Positions 15,051-29,600 of a stretch of DNA of 64,000 nucleotides are shown one piece after another. The position numbers were made by a program, and so were the translations under genes. Source of the DNA: Camelus ferus. Taxonomy: Eukaryota. Each line of letters begins with the position of its first letter. Position 1 is the stretch's first letter. The notes beneath the pieces are model-generated. The model did not search any database and was not told the origin of the DNA. It saw only the letters and a program-made list of their open reading frames with translations. The stretch is from positions 67,396,001-67,460,000 of the forward strand of contig NC_045697.1 in assembly GCF_009834535.1 (NCBI RefSeq). Reading direction: 5' to 3'.

Positions 15051-16198
15051 TCAGTTATTCTACTATTACTTGGTTAATTTCAGTGTCTTTTTAAAGTTTC
15101 TCTACCACATTTATTTTTTAAACAAGTGTTACTTTAATAACTTTTTCATTTTTCTGGTCAAAAAGCCCAGTAACATTTATTCTGTTCTCTTTTAACTTTA
15201 GACATTATATCAATTATTTCCTTTTCTTAGCATTTTAAAATGTATGTTTCTTTAATTTTAATGCCTCTCTTTGTGGATTGGCTTTTTCTTTTTCTTTTCT
15301 TTCCTTTTTTTTTTTTTTTTTTTGGTTTCTCCTTGGCAACATCTTCTTACCCATCATCATTTGTAATCTCTTTTTTGATACATTATGTTTTCTTCTTGAA
15401 GTGTGTTTTGTTTTGTTAGGATGTTTTGAGTTGAAAGTCTTTCTATTTTTCTATTTTTATTTTTTCAGTCAGGCTAAAGCAGCCTTGAAAAACACACTCA
15501 ACCTACGGGTGATACAAAAGATCATGTTGATAATTGAGTATCTTTCCAGACCTACCACCTTCCCTGCTACCCAACCTGATGCTCTGTGGGAAATAAATGC
15601 TTCTTTTTTTTCCTTTTCCCCATACATCTCAGTAGGTCCATGCTACTGCTGAGTGTTTGTCTTGAGGGGCATGGTGGTGTCCTCAGATAAATTCAGCTGT
15701 GTCATCTCTTCTCACCTCAGGACCTGCCCCTTCTTGAAGACTTTTCTGGATGGGACCCATAGAAACTATTAGCAGCTGGCTAATGATTGTTCAAGGTAAG
15801 AAAAAACAAACAAACAAACATATGGCAGTAGTAGGCAGGACAAGAAAGTTTACGTATAAAATAAATGTGTTAGGGAGCCTGGGTGAAGAATTCACTGAAG
15901 AGTAAAAAGTTGCAAGTAAAGATTTTGCTCCGTCTTCCTTTTGAGGACCAGCTCGCTCTTTATGGGTGGCCAGTCCTGTAGTTTGGAACTCAGACCTATA
16001 TTAAAGAGGTTGGCAAAGGCCAGTTGCCCAGGAAGACCATCTAAATGGTGCCATAGCTTCACTTGGGTGGAAAAATAAGGTAACAATAATCAACTACAGG
16101 TGAGCCAGAGGAGTGGAATATATGTTTGTAAGAAGTAAGGTGTTTTAGATTTGAGAAAAGTGAACTTCCCAAGGGGAGTTGTCAATTACAGTAGATGG

Positions 16199-17075
16199 TG
16201 TGTTAGAAAAACCTCCCGTCTTCCTTCATGTTTCTCCGTTACTTTCACACTACTACTGCACTTACAACACTTTTGACACCTCGGGTCACCAAATGTGTAT
16301 GTGGAGTTTTCCCACCAAGCAGTTCTCTGAAACACCAACTGAGTATTCTACAATTTAACTCATTTCTGACACCACGTACCTAGAGGTAGCATCAGATCCC
16401 ACAGGTTCTGATCTCAGTCCCACAAGCCTGCCCTTACCTCCCTTCAAATGCCAGTTGCAAGTCCAGGTTCTCACCTGTGCTCCTGATGCATGGATGTAAA
16501 TCAGAGGATCCCATGCCCCTTCTTTGGGTTGTATTAATTCACTATAGTGGCTAACAGAACACAGGCAAGCAGTTATTTATGTTTGACAGTTTATTAAATG
16601 ATATGATAAAGGATACAAATGAACAGCCAGATGAAAAGATGCATAGGGTAAGGTCTGAGAGAGTCCAAATGCAGGAGCTTCTGTCCTTGTACAGTTGGGG
16701 TGCATCACCCTCCTGATGTGGATGTGTTCGCCAACCTGAAATTGCTCCAACCCCGTACTATTGGGATTTTATGGAGGCTTCTTCACATGGGAATGATCAG
16801 TTGCTAACTCCATTTCCATCCTCTCTCCCCTCTCTGAAAGAGTTAGGAGATTGGGGAATGAGGCTGAAAATCACAATCTTCTAATTATGAGTTGGTCTTT
16901 CTGGTGACCAGCTTCCATCCAGGAGCCATCTAGGAGCCCACCCAGAGATGTCTCATGAGAGCAAAAGATTTTCCTAGAATTTACAGGGGTTTTAGGAGCC
17001 TTGTGTCAGGAATGTGGGGCAAAGATCTATCTATCTATATATCAATATCTGTATCTTTTTAAAAATTATCTCACA
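16199..17075 (-). mobile_element. Complete MER21-like solo LTR (877 bp)
   Basis: TG...CA termini and flanking near-TSD gatgg (16194-16198) / gatga (17076-17080). Reverse-complement homology to the LTR at 1-610. Confidence 0.8.
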
Positions 17076-20000
17076 GATGATGAAGTGCCTTCTAAGGTGC
17101 ATAGGTCCAGTGAACTGCTCATTTTTGCTTTGCTTGCCTGGAGAATGTGAATTTGGATCTGAATTAAATTTTAAGGACAGCAATAGACTGGCAAGCACTG
17201 CAGCTAATACCTTTTTCTCACAAAGTACCCAGCATTTCATCTCACTTCATTTTCATCACCCAGCCTAAACATTTATATGTTTAATAAATATTAAAAGAAA
17301 ACCATTTTCAAGGCATGTCAAATTATTAGCCTTTCCCAAGTATCCATATCTCAGTCTGGTTCTATTATCCTCTGACATATATTTTGTTCTTGTATATACT
17401 ATCACTGACCCTATTTCTTGAAGTCATCTTAAATTATTAAGAGAAGTAGGTAAGACATAAATTATAAATTAATAATTTTATCAACATTACTTCTTATATT
17501 TGTTTTCTTTACAGAAAGTAGAATATCATTAAAGTAAATCCATCAACTCCTCTTTCATTCAAGACCCCCAAAACTCACCATGCTGTGATTGAAGGTAATA
17601 TTTGAAATTATTAAAAGAGAAGTATAAGCAAGTAAAAGAATTTCCAGATAATTTGATACTCTCTTACCTTTTCTGATGCTCCTGGATCTTTCCTTAAAAT
17701 ATGTAAATATTGATAACTTTTAAGAGTTTTTAAAGATATTGGTACTTGTTATGGGCTGAGGCAGGAAACTTCCTTGGAGTCTAGAGCACCATATCCTTGA
17801 AACAGTATTTGTTTTTCCTTTTGGAGCTGAGGAGCTTATGAGTTTAGAATAGTAGCAATAATGCATGTACAATAAAAATGCAGTTGCTAACCACTCCCCT
17901 TTTGTTATTCATGCTGAGAATTACTGATCATTCAGTCAGATGTCAGTGAGCTTGTGGTTTTCTAGTCTGTGGTGTTCAGATCAGGGTTGTGATCATTAAG
18001 ACAGAGTAATGATGAGAATCTATTAATGAAAGCTGTCAAAAACAATATGCTTAACATCTAATATTTCATGTACACTGCCAGTATTTCTGGTAAAGTGTCT
18101 AACCACATGATGGTGGTCACAGGTTTCTTTCATCACCTAACAAGTACTAGAGTAATCCTCTGGCTATTTTTCATGTTTGATGAATCATTTTTGATCTTCT
18201 GTCTTCTTGTTTTTGCCCCATTTTCTTTTTAGCTTTTGATCCTCATTCTCTTCTATGTGATTTTGTTTCCTTTTCTTAAAATTGGCTTGCAAAGAGAAGA
18301 CCATTAAGATACATTCTGTAGCTGTCAATCAGTAGACCCAGAAAGTTTCTAAATGATAATAGTTGATTCAGCCCATTAGCTTGTTGGAATTATCTGCATG
18401 GCAGAGATGTCAGTATATTGTTTCCAGGCTCGACTTCTACATGCAAGGAGTAACAGAGCATGTCCCTGCTTCTTTTATATTCCACAGGAGAGCAACCAAG
18501 TGGCATAATCAATTCTTCCAGCCTTTGTATTTTACCTGATGTTTACTTTGCACACTGCTTTAAGATGTGCCCTTATCTCACCTCTTTAAAATCTATTTAC
18601 TTTTTCTTTTTTATCTTCTAAGAAAATAAGATTATCTTAGTGCAAGGTCATGGTGTACTTCATTAAACACTCATAATATTTTTCTTTTCTCAGCATCCAG
18701 AAAGCACAGAAGAGTTTCCCCAATTACTGAAAGATTGTCAGGCTCTGGATATACAAAGAATAACCTTCGCTTCTCAGGTGCTGAGGGAATTAGAACTGTG
18801 CAGATAACAGTAACTTTACTGGTCAGTGACGTACATTACTGTTACCTAGAAGAGATCAAGCATAAGCTTGGCATCTTTTGTGCTATGAATATAAAAATTA
18901 AGGAAGTGTAAATTTGGTCCTTAATGCATGAAAATAACTCTGTGTTTCCTAAGAGAATTCAGAGGCAATAATTAATTGTCAGATTTTTTGCAAATGACCA
19001 AGCTGGCTTTTTCCTTTGGGTTCTCTGTGTGTGTTTTCAAGTTACTTAATGAACAAGATCAGGAAACCACTTCTGGGTGTTAAAGGTCACATTAGAAAAC
19101 TCCAGGCCTCTCCTTTATATTGCTATTTTTTTTTAGCAGTCAATACCAACCACCTGGAGGAGTGACCACTACTGGGCCATGGCTTCTTTTGCAGTGACAT
19201 TTGCTCAATAACTTTTTTCATAGTAATAATTGAAAAAAGTCAAAATGCTGTGAAGAAGTAAATGTCATATTCCCACAATACAATATAAATGGAATTCATA
19301 AAGGTTCAGTGACTCACAAGACAGGTTAATTAAAGCCTCCATGTGGCAGATGGAAGTTAGCACAAAATTTGCTTGACCACATTATTTTCTGACCTCAGAG
19401 AATGAAGCCTTTATTAGAATTTCTAGACAAGACTATGACCTAGTATTAAATATAATCTATATTATTGCTGCTTACTTTACTTTGTTTTACTTTAATCCAT
19501 TTTCCATTGCCAGTCAGTAATATTTTAAGGGCTAGTTTTTAATATACTAATTTGTGTTGCAAAAAGGCAACATAATCTGTCTCATAGCAGTTGCTCTAAC
19601 TATACCAGGAATAGTCTGCAAGTTCCACAGCATAAAGGAAGAAAATGCATGCTAGAAAGGAATGACATTTTGTGGACTTGGAAAACCATGTTGTCTTTTA
19701 AGTATATTGATTATTAATTTTTCATCTCCCTATATTTTCCTGTGGGGTTCTAACAAAATGGACCCTGCTATATGAAACTAACTCTTCTGCTTTCTTAAGA
19801 CTAAGGAACAAATTCGATAAACAATAAACAGCTCCAAAAGAGAAAAAGCATTTAGAAAAATTGGAGGTGATTTGCACCACTGGGCAAGGAGAGCAGCAGC
19901 TCACAATCCTTCAGCCACTGGGGAGCAACTAGCTGCTTCCAGTGTTATGCCTACATACTCTCCTGACAGCTCACAGGAGGCAGGGACAGGAAGAGGAAAG

Positions 20001-20264
20001 GCAGTCCTTTTGAGCCTTTTCACTGTAGGCTGCTTGTCTGCATACCGTAGATGTTCCTTTATTCTACCAAGATAGGCAATAAACGAAAACAATATAAAAA
20101 ATATTTTAAAACAAGTTGGGGACTTTGATTTGTTTAAAGAAAAATTAGTTTGAATCTTGGTAAAGGATAATGCAAGAGCTTATCTCATTACAACCCAAAT
20201 TATGAAATGATATCCAATTTTAAATCTTGAAAATAGATAGCTTCCAGGTTCTCCATATAGCTAT

Positions 20265-20460
20265 AAATAGGTAGATAGATACATATAACACTATATACAC
20301 ACACACACACACACACAAACACACACATATATATGCATATATAATATATCATATATAACACAGTCTCTGACACAGAAGAAAGAACTACATATATACAGAC
20401 TATGTAATCTCTCTCTCTATATGTATGCATATATGTGTGTGTTTGTGTATACATATACGG
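20265..20460. repeat. Compound (CA)n/(TA)n/(TG)n microsatellite
   Basis: Directly visible dinucleotide tracts. Confidence 0.9.
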
Positions 20461-20769
20461 CTATATTTCTTTGTGTTAGAGACTGCAGATTTCCTACCTT
20501 AGTACCTTTACTTTACATATTTTTAGCTTGGCATGTGTTCTTGCAGAATAAAGATAACTTGTCTACATGCACAGGCAGAAAAATAAAGGAAAAATTGTTG
20601 CTGCTTCTGGGATTGAAACCAGTGGTCCTTCCTGCTAAGAACTCTCTGGAGCAGCCTTTTTTTCTGTCTTAAGCCATTGCTATTTTGCATTTTTCTGTCA
20701 CCTGCCAACTGGCAGAATCTCACTGTTAGAGTGGAGTGGGATCATCATGAAACAGTTTGGAGGCTGGGT

Positions 20770-20930
20770 AGAGTAAAGGACTTTAGATGCATAGTCAGAA
20801 GTTCAGATCTGATTCTTGCCTCTGCCTCTTGCCAAGTATGTATCTTTGGGGAACTTTCTTCATCTGAGTTGCTTTATTTGTAAAATGAGGTGGTAGTTCA
20901 TACCTGACTGACTAGGAAATAAATGAAATC
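20770..20930. mobile_element. MIR SINE remnant
   Basis: ctctgcctcttgccaagtatgtatctttggg...catctgagttgctttatttgtaaaatgagg, a MIR core. Confidence 0.55.
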
Positions 20931-22919
20931 ATGAAATATTTGGGCTAAGCAAGTCCATCCCCACAAAATGATCAAATGTCAACTCATCAATATCATCAAT
21001 ATCAATATCATCAGCAAACAAATGAACACCTGAGATATCTACTTATACATTTAATAAGGAAAAAAAAAACAAATTATCAAACATTTTAGGTAAATAGATT
21101 TCAGTCTTTTTTTACAAAATAAAATTAATATATCTTCTACTTTATTAAATTTTTTCTTTAGGTAGACTTTCTGTCTCTTAGAACCTCAGTATTAATATGA
21201 GTTTCTTTGATCATTTAACTTTATCTTGCACTCAGTCAACCACCACTCTGACTTAATCACTATTTGCTACCATAAAAATTTATAGATTTATTTAAGATTC
21301 CAATAGGATAAAGGCAAAAAGTTTGTTTTGTCTCTTTATCTCACTGGGAAGATTACTATAAAGGCAGTAATTTCATTATTTATAATGCAAAATTAATGAC
21401 AAATCTGAAGCCATATTTGACAGGAGCTTTAGAGTATTTTTTAAATGTATACAAGTAGAATATATATATATATATCTCTACCTTATAATGTCCAAACATC
21501 CGAAATTGCCTTAAAAAAATCTAAAAAAAATGAAGTTTCATAATATCAAACTGAAGAACATACAATTTATAGGTTACACACAAACTGAGATGCATGTGAC
21601 CATATTGACTTTCCCTCCATGCTTACCCTCTAGACCTAGATGCTATTATTACTACTGCTTTATAACAAATTATGACTGTTACTTTATAATCTATGTATAT
21701 ATTACAGATTGTTTCAAATAACAATTTCAATTAAATTATATCTTTAATCTTTGAGAACAAAGAGCTTATGTTCTTATTGTTTACTAAAATGGCCATTTAT
21801 TTCTAAGAAAACATCAAAGCTGAAAACTTCAAAAGTGCATTGCCCCCCCAAATTAAGAAGAATCATAAAAAAATCACTTTTTACCACATGGCAAATATAC
21901 TTTTGGCATAATATGCAACTTGATTTCTGACAACTGCCTGTGTCATCTTGAGTTTCAAAAATTCATATTACTCAAGGAATGACATAAGAAAAATACCTTG
22001 AACTAAATTATCTCATTAGAGATATGATTAATATTGAGGAACTATTAGAAGAAAATTCAAGTTAATGTTTCTGAACTACTATAGGTCATAAAGTAAAAGA
22101 TATGTAAACTACGTATCACAAACTTATTTCCCATATTTTAAATTTACATTGTTAGTATCAATAGCTTCTAAAAAGACTAAAAAGTCCTTCTTGAACTAGT
22201 AATCATTAATTATCACTATTAGTTTGTGGTTTAAACATAACAAAAGGCTGGAGACAAGTTGGAGATGACAAACATTTTTGATGATTTTAGATCACATTTT
22301 CTCTAGAAGGGGATTTTGCTTTAGTTAGACATTCTCAGTCTGTTACCTAGGATGCTGAGAACAGTTAGGAAAAGATATATTCACTTCAAATTACGGACAT
22401 TGTCATTTTCTACAATCTTTTCATGGAAACAAGCTTAGGAATCATCAATCCTGACTGTAAAATAATGTTAAATGACTCTTCTGCTCAGTTAACCTAATCT
22501 TTTATTCTTCCTTTTCTGACAACCTCCTCTAAATTTTGTCTGATTTAATACCACCTTGTTTTAACTCATTTAATCTTATGTGAGCTGGCTTCTGCCCCAA
22601 TCATTTTATTAAATTTATTCTTTTGGAAAATGTTCATTATTTCCTAGCAACCAAGTAACAACTTTCGCACTTCTTATCCTCTTAGATTTTTCTTCTCTGT
22701 GTGAGATTGGTATCTCTTCTTTCTTGTCAATATATTTTCTAGGACCAAGTATCCATTCATTTGTTTATTACAACATTCATTCACTTCCTCAAATGTACAC
22801 TTCAGGGTTTGATGTGTTAGGTTCAATGCTTAGAAGGAGCAATTGCATTGGATTATCAGGCAAGGCATTGGCTTCCCACTTACTCTGGATTTATGCCTGT
22901 TTCTGTAACAATCACATTT

Positions 22920-24560
22920 CCATTGATTTATTAGACAAATATTTATGGAGCACCCATCATGTGCCAAAAGACTTTGTGCTAGAGATACAGTGATGAGCAT
23001 GCAAAGCCTACTTGCTGAAGTGAATGCTTGAGCATTCAAGCAAACATTGATTCACTCAAAAATATAATATATAGGATAGATATTATATGTCAGGGACTAG
23101 TTTAGGCACTGGATACATGGTGGTGAAGAAGAACGTCCATTCTGTCACGGAGTTTATGTTCTACTGGGGAAAACAGACAAAATAAATGGGCAATATAATA
23201 TGAATTATTATTATGCATACCATGCATACCATGAAGACTGTCAAATCAGGATAAGTTTAGAGGCTGAGAGATACGGATTTTTAGATAGAGTGGTTAGGAA
23301 AGGTCTCTTCAAAAGCAGTGTTTTTGAGACAAATTAGATAGAAATGGGGGGGGTAAAGCATGTGAATATGTGGGGAAGACCATTTCCAGCAGAGGGAACA
23401 TAGAGTGTGAAGTCTTGAGGTGGTATTTATTTTGTGCATTTCACATACAAGAAAATCACTAAACCACAGGGAAGTGAGGGAAGAAATGAGATTTGAGTTA
23501 GAACCAGGCAAGTTAGAACCAAACCAAATCATTTAGAGCCTTGTAGATCATGCTAGGACTTTAATTTGAATTATACTGGGTAGCCACTGGAGAGTTTTAT
23601 GTATCCTTTTAATTGCTGTGCATAAAATAGACTGTAAAGGAATGAGAAAGTATACAAACGGACCAGTTGACACCAATTCATTTAATAGTCCAAGGAAGAC
23701 ATAAAGGTAGCTTAGCTAGGGCAGTGGCAATAAAAAATAAAAGATGTGTTATTCAAGATATGTATTTAATAAGTAGATATTGCATAAATGGCTGCTGGTT
23801 TGGGGTGGCCTTATATAAGAAAGATAGAACACAATTATAACTCCAGGGATGTTTACCCAAGTGAGTGAAGAAGACTGAGGAGGACCAGATTTACTACCTA
23901 TTTGCTTAAGTAAAAAGACTGAGAACATACAGCCTTAGGGTGGGAAATCAAGAGTTTGTGTTTACTCATATTAAATTCTCCAGGTTTACTAGATGTGTGA
24001 GTGCAATTGTCAAGTGGGTTGTTGGATATATTTATCTGGAGCTCAGGGGGAAGTTGAGCATTATAAATCTGTATTTGAGAGTAGCTGGTCATGGGCCTGG
24101 CTGAGAGCACCAAGGGAATGAATGCTGATTGAAAATCCAAACTGAGTTCTGGGCACTAAGGCGTTTAGAGGTCAGCAATAGGAGGAAGGGTAAGAAAATT
24201 AAAATGAGATAGTAAAGTGTGTAGGGACAAATCCTGGAATGTGTAGTGTCTAGGATCCCTTGTGAAGAAAGTTTCTCAAGAAGGGGGTCAATCATTAGCT
24301 GTCTAATGCTATAGAAAAGTTGAGTGAGTTATGTCTTGAGAAGTGTCCATTATGTCTAGCAACATTGAGGTTACTGGTAATCTTATTGTAAACATTTTTG
24401 GAGAAGTATGGATAATAAAATGAGTGGGGTGGGTTTAAGAGAGAATTAGAACTGAGGAAACAGATACAGCTAAAATAGAGCACTCTGTTGAAGAGTTTTC
24501 CTATAAAGTGGATATTAGAAATGGATTGCTAGCTGGAGAAGAATGTATTGGGTAAAAGGG
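22920..24560 (-). mobile_element. LINE-2 (L2) 3' portion
   Basis: atttatggagcacccatcatgtgcca, ggaaaggtctct...gaagaccatttccagcagagggaaca, gagccttgtagatcatgctaggacttt, gttggatatatttatctggagctcagggg, gagaagtgtccattatgtctagcaaca: purine-rich antisense L2 text. Confidence 0.85.
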
Positions 24561-24791
24561 GAAAATGGTTTTTTAAAGTAGGAAAAGTGATAGAATAATT
24601 TTACACTATGTGAAACATTCTGGAGAGAAGATGAATTAGAGCACATGTAATTATGTGAGAATGTTGGTACTGGTCATGAAAAAAAGCATAATAGTCTGAT
24701 ATCAAGTCCCAGAGTGTTGGAGTTGAGAAGATGACCAGAGATCTACTTGTATATCTCCCTCCAAAGACCTGCTTGTCCTAGAATAATTCCC

Positions 24792-25315
24792 TGTATTAGT
24801 TACCTATTGCTGCATAACAAATCATCCCAAAACTTAATGACTTAGAATAATAGTCATTTACTGTCTCATAAGGTGGGGATATATAGGCTAGGAATCTGCA
24901 AGTAGCTAATTTGGGCAGCTCTGGCTCAAGGTCTTTTATGAGGTGCAATCAGATGTCAGCTGGACCTGCACTCATCTGAAGGTTTGGCTGGAGCTAGAGA
25001 ATTCATTCCTAAGGGGGCTCAGGCCCATGATTTTCAAATTAATGCTGACAAGGTGGATCCTCTCCTTGTGGAGCTCTACATGGGGTTTCTTGAGTGTTCT
25101 CACAACATGGTAGCTGAATTCACCCAGAGCAAATGATCCAAGAGATCAAGCCAAAGTCTTTATGACACAGATTTGAATATTGTACACTGGCACATCTGCC
25201 ATATTACGTTGCCCACAGAGATCAGCCTTGATTCATTGTGAGAGGGTATTATACAAGGGTATAAATGCCAGGTGATAAGGATCATTGGTGGCCATTCTGG
25301 ATGCTGACTACCCTA
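24792..25315 (-). mobile_element. MLT1 (MaLR) solo LTR
   Basis: Begins tgtattagttacctattgctgcataacaaatcatcccaaaacttaatgactta and ends atcattggtggccattctggatgctgactacc. Confidence 0.8.
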
Positions 25316-25844
25316 ACTGCCAGTGGTCTTTGTACTTTTAACCTTTCATTATCTTCACTTGTCAAATATAATGATTTTACCATATGAGCTAAAGTTCCCC
25401 TCTGACTCTAAAATTTCATGATTTTATTTTTCATCTATGAAAATGGCTCGCAAAGAGAGCGTATGAAAGAGAGAGGTTAGAATCAGCTAGAATCTTCTGT
25501 TTCCCAGCCTCTTATTCATTTCTATTCTCTTCTTCTTTGTCTTCTCCTTCTCTTTTTTTTTTGAAAAATAGGATATATGATGGTTCTGCATATTCCAAGT
25601 TGAAATGAATAACTTTCTGAATATTAAAATGCTCATTAGCTTGTTCATAAAGTAGACTAGGTCATGTTTAAAAACAAAACAACAACTCCCACCAAAACAA
25701 AAATTCCCCTACCATATTTAAGTCCGTTTACTGAATCCTGATTAGGAAGCACAGCCTAAGGAATCCTTAGGCTACTAAAGAACAACATTAGCATACTAGA
25801 AAAGAGAGTATGTCCAAGCAAAATAGCCATTGGTGGTCTAATGG

Positions 25845-26062
25845 GAGCACCAAAGGCTTTGGATTAAGACCTGGGCTTGAATGCTGGCTCTGTTTTAACC
25901 ATCTTTGGCAGTCACCTAATCTCTGTGAACCTCAGTTTTGTCATATGTAAACAGGGACAATAATTACTACTTCACAAGACTTTTTGGAAGAATAACTATA
26001 CTAACTGTGTGAAGTGACTGTGACCATATCCTGCACATAGTAGGTGTGTAATAATTGTTATT
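25845..26062 (+). mobile_element. MIR SINE
   Basis: agacctgggcttgaatgctggctctg...tcacctaatctctgtgaacctcagttttgtcatatgtaaacaggga...cctgcacatagtaggtg. Confidence 0.75.
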
Positions 26063-26339
26063 TTTTCCTCTGGCCTATATGTTTTTCCCTAATCTCAGTA
26101 AGTTTTCAGGCATTATAACCATTGAAACAATTATTTATAATATGCAAAAGCAAGAAAAAATTTTGCAAAAGAAAATGAAAATATCTACTCTATCAGATAT
26201 ATAAGCCCGGAGTCAGTATCAGTAAGTGAAGTTTTCTTTCCTCATTCACACCTGTTCATTGGCCATTCTGTCATCTACCCAGTGTCTAGACTACTGAACT
26301 CCTCTCTAGTTTTTCTCCAAGATTAGAGTGGCTAAAGTG

Positions 26340-26672
26340 GTGTGACAGACTGTATAACTAACTACTCACAATATCTCATGTCCTCCCTGTGGCAGAATTA
26401 TGCTTCTCTACCTGTTGAACTCAAGTGTGTCCATGTCACTTTCTTTTGCCAGATAAATAAGACTCGTGTGTGCTGTGCCATGTTTCTTGTTCCCTCTGCC
26501 ACAGAGGCTCTCAGTGTTCTAGGTAGTGGTTGAACTGAAGCCCACGGAGTGAAGATGGTGACAGTGCAGAGCAGAGCCCCAGCCAATGATCAAAACAAGA
26601 ACAAGGTATAAACCTTTATTTATTTAAGCCACTGAGCTTTTCAGGTTATTTTTTATCTTTCTTGACTGACAC
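26340..26672. mobile_element. MLT1-type LTR remnant
   Basis: ccatgtcactttcttttgcca...gcagagccccagccaa...ttaagccactgagc...ttgactgacaca. Confidence 0.55.
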
Positions 26673-29600
26673 ACATGCCAAATGTGTTTACCAGTATGTA
26701 AGAATGGGACTTTTTCTGCTTCATTTTGAGAGGCCAACAGAAAGAGACAAGTAACTTGTATAGAATTTCAAATAGAATTTCAGCTTCATGCTTTTGAATC
26801 CCATATCCACCTGGAGAATGTAAACAATCATTTTTATAGAACGATTTTGTGACATGATCAATAGAGAGATAGAGAAGACAGTGGTTGCACTTCTGTGCTT
26901 TCCCTCTCCATCTCGCACATTTTTGGGGAAGGGGGTTGGGGTGGAGCTACCTCCTAGTGCAAAGTATAGCTAGAAAGATTCAAGAAGGGACACTTGGAGA
27001 CCTTTGAAATGTATTCCTTGAAGTTGGCCGACGCAGAGGTTTGGAGCCTGAATTCTGTCTGTGAAAGTTGGAATGAACTGCAGATTGGGATCTGACTTTT
27101 GCCTGAAAAATTTGGAGGGGGAGAAAGGTATTTGGCGGCTAAGTGAGGAGGGTGCTACTTCACTGGGTGCTACTTCATGGGGTTCTCGAAAGTCCTATAG
27201 TTTGTCTGAGCAAGGTGCACTTACATTTCTTGGCCACAAGAGTGAGTCCCCAGGAGGAAAGAATCACTGGGAGGATATTGTGTGTTCCACCTAACAGGGC
27301 TTCATGGAGGGGCAAGAAGACCTCAGCAGAAAGTAGGTGGAGGCCTGGGATGCCCTGGCATTTCAATGGCCACACAGAGTACAGAACGTTTGCCAAGATT
27401 AAAGGAACTTCAGGAGACAGGGGCTCAACCTGGAACCTGTTAAGGCCCCTTGGAAGCACATCACAAGAAGAGCCAGCTCTTAATCACCAGCATGGTCAGA
27501 GTGCAGAGTTGCCCAGCTAAGTAAGTACTGTTTTACCGTTTACTCTTCTCCTTCCTCTACATTTTTGAGCTTAAGTGAAATAGCTGCTAGTTTGTTGAGG
27601 GACAAGGTGACTAGGAAGAGAGGGTATAGCAAAAGGACCATGCCTCTACCTTTCCAACGTGGGAAGGGAAGCAGGGCTGTGGTATGTGATTATAGGATTG
27701 TGTAGAGTTTACCCCAATATTGATCTTAATTTACTCTAAATCCACTGAATTGGTGAGATGGAACTAAATTCAGCCAGTATTCCATTGGCAAAGCCCTGGC
27801 AGGGTACTCTGGCATGGTCAGAAAAAGGGTACTTTTTCCTGATTTTCACAAAGACACCATTTTAGCTAACAGAGAGACTAGAAAGAAGAATTTTTATGGT
27901 AAACTAAGAACAATTCTTTTATTTATATCGTGAAATGGACATTAGAATTTCCAAACCAAGACTCTGTTTTTCACTAACATGACTATAGTATGGTCTGTAA
28001 GTAGGCAAACATGTAATTTCCACATGGAAATTGTCATCAGAGGGACAGGCACGATTACCACCACTGAATACCAAAGGACAGTGAAAGACAACAATAATAT
28101 GCAACTTTATTATAATCTGTATTTCATGCTTGCTCAATGCATTGTTTACATGTAAACACGTAGAGAAAGAGAATGATGAGAGAGAGAGAAACATAATTAA
28201 ATATGCGAATCCTCTGTTTTTTTATTGTCCTATTCACTCTTTTTCACATCCTCTCCCTTCCACCCACTAAAGAGGCCTTTTAGAATAATAAGTTACCAAT
28301 TTAATGTGATGCTGTAGGAAGCAGGTGACCAATAGAACAAAGCTTTGTTGTTGTTGCTGTGTTTTGATGCTTTCTTTTATTGTGTTGGGATGTTTTGTTT
28401 TGTTTTTGATGCATTCGTTTTCCTGTGTTTGCTCCAATCTGAAGAATGTAGGAATCCACTATGTCAGGTTGGAACCCCAAATATATCACTCTAGCCTTGA
28501 TTTCAAGGGATTCCAGCAGGGTGGAATTATGACACGCAGTCCAGAGCAGAGGATTTGCCAAAGAAAGTAGAATGGAGACCAAGGGAGAAATTGCTCCTAG
28601 GCACCCATTCAAGTTGGATGCTGTCCAGATTCCAGCCTGATATCAGTAACTAATTACTTTAAACCATCTTCTGGATTCGGCATTTGGCTGTGATCATCTG
28701 ACTGGTAAGATGTTATTTCGGATATTAAGCAGTAACTACATATTCTTCTCTAATTTTCTGAAAATGATACCTTGTGGATAGATAGACATATATAGATGGA
28801 TAGATAGCTATAAATAGATATAGAGAGATATATAAACATAGATAGAGATCTACTCATAGATATTTCTAAGTACTTACCCACATTTGTTTTCTTTATATTT
28901 TCTCTACTGTGTAAAGCAGTGTTCTCTTCAGTTCTGTTCACCACTGAGTTTGTAAACATGCTTTCATGTGCAAAGTCAGCATACATGAATAGAATTCAGT
29001 TACTAGCTTGGGTTGCAATCAGCTAAATTTGACCAATCAGTTTCTCTGGACCCCTACCTATTTTTAAAAGGTAAATTCTCTGGAGAAGTTTCTAGACTTA
29101 ATCATGTCTGATGTTTTGAAGTAGAAATTGGTGATCGGAGAAAAAAAATAATATGTGTAGAAGTGTGAAGAAGTGAAAAGGCTTCATATTTGTGATGGAA
29201 GGAGATGCTGAGGAATCCTCAAGGGTCTGAAAAGAGGAAAGGTGGAGATGAATTTGGAAGCAGAGCATTACTTTACTGTTATTTAGTAGGTATGATTTCT
29301 GCCTATAGATGGAGGAACCACATTCACGTGATCTGTTACTTTGCTTTTAGCTAGTTGCTCATCTCTTCTTAAAAACTTGGGTGGCTGACAAGGGCATAGC
29401 CAGTGAAGCCTTAGGCAAGAGTCTGGTATGCCTGCAGGCAGTTAACTAGGAATACACATGGATCAGTGGTGCAGGGCTTCCATAGATGTGAGGGTGCTAC
29501 CAATCCAAGTAATGGCTGATAAGGCAGAGTGGACTAGAGACCATCCAGGCTTATGTCATTAACCATGGCATTCAACCTGGGGAGTTGGGAGATGGGACTT

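Noticed and set aside
1..17075. Full-length provirus between the two MER21-like LTRs
   Set aside because: The LTRs are inverted and I recognised no gag, pol or env remnants between them.
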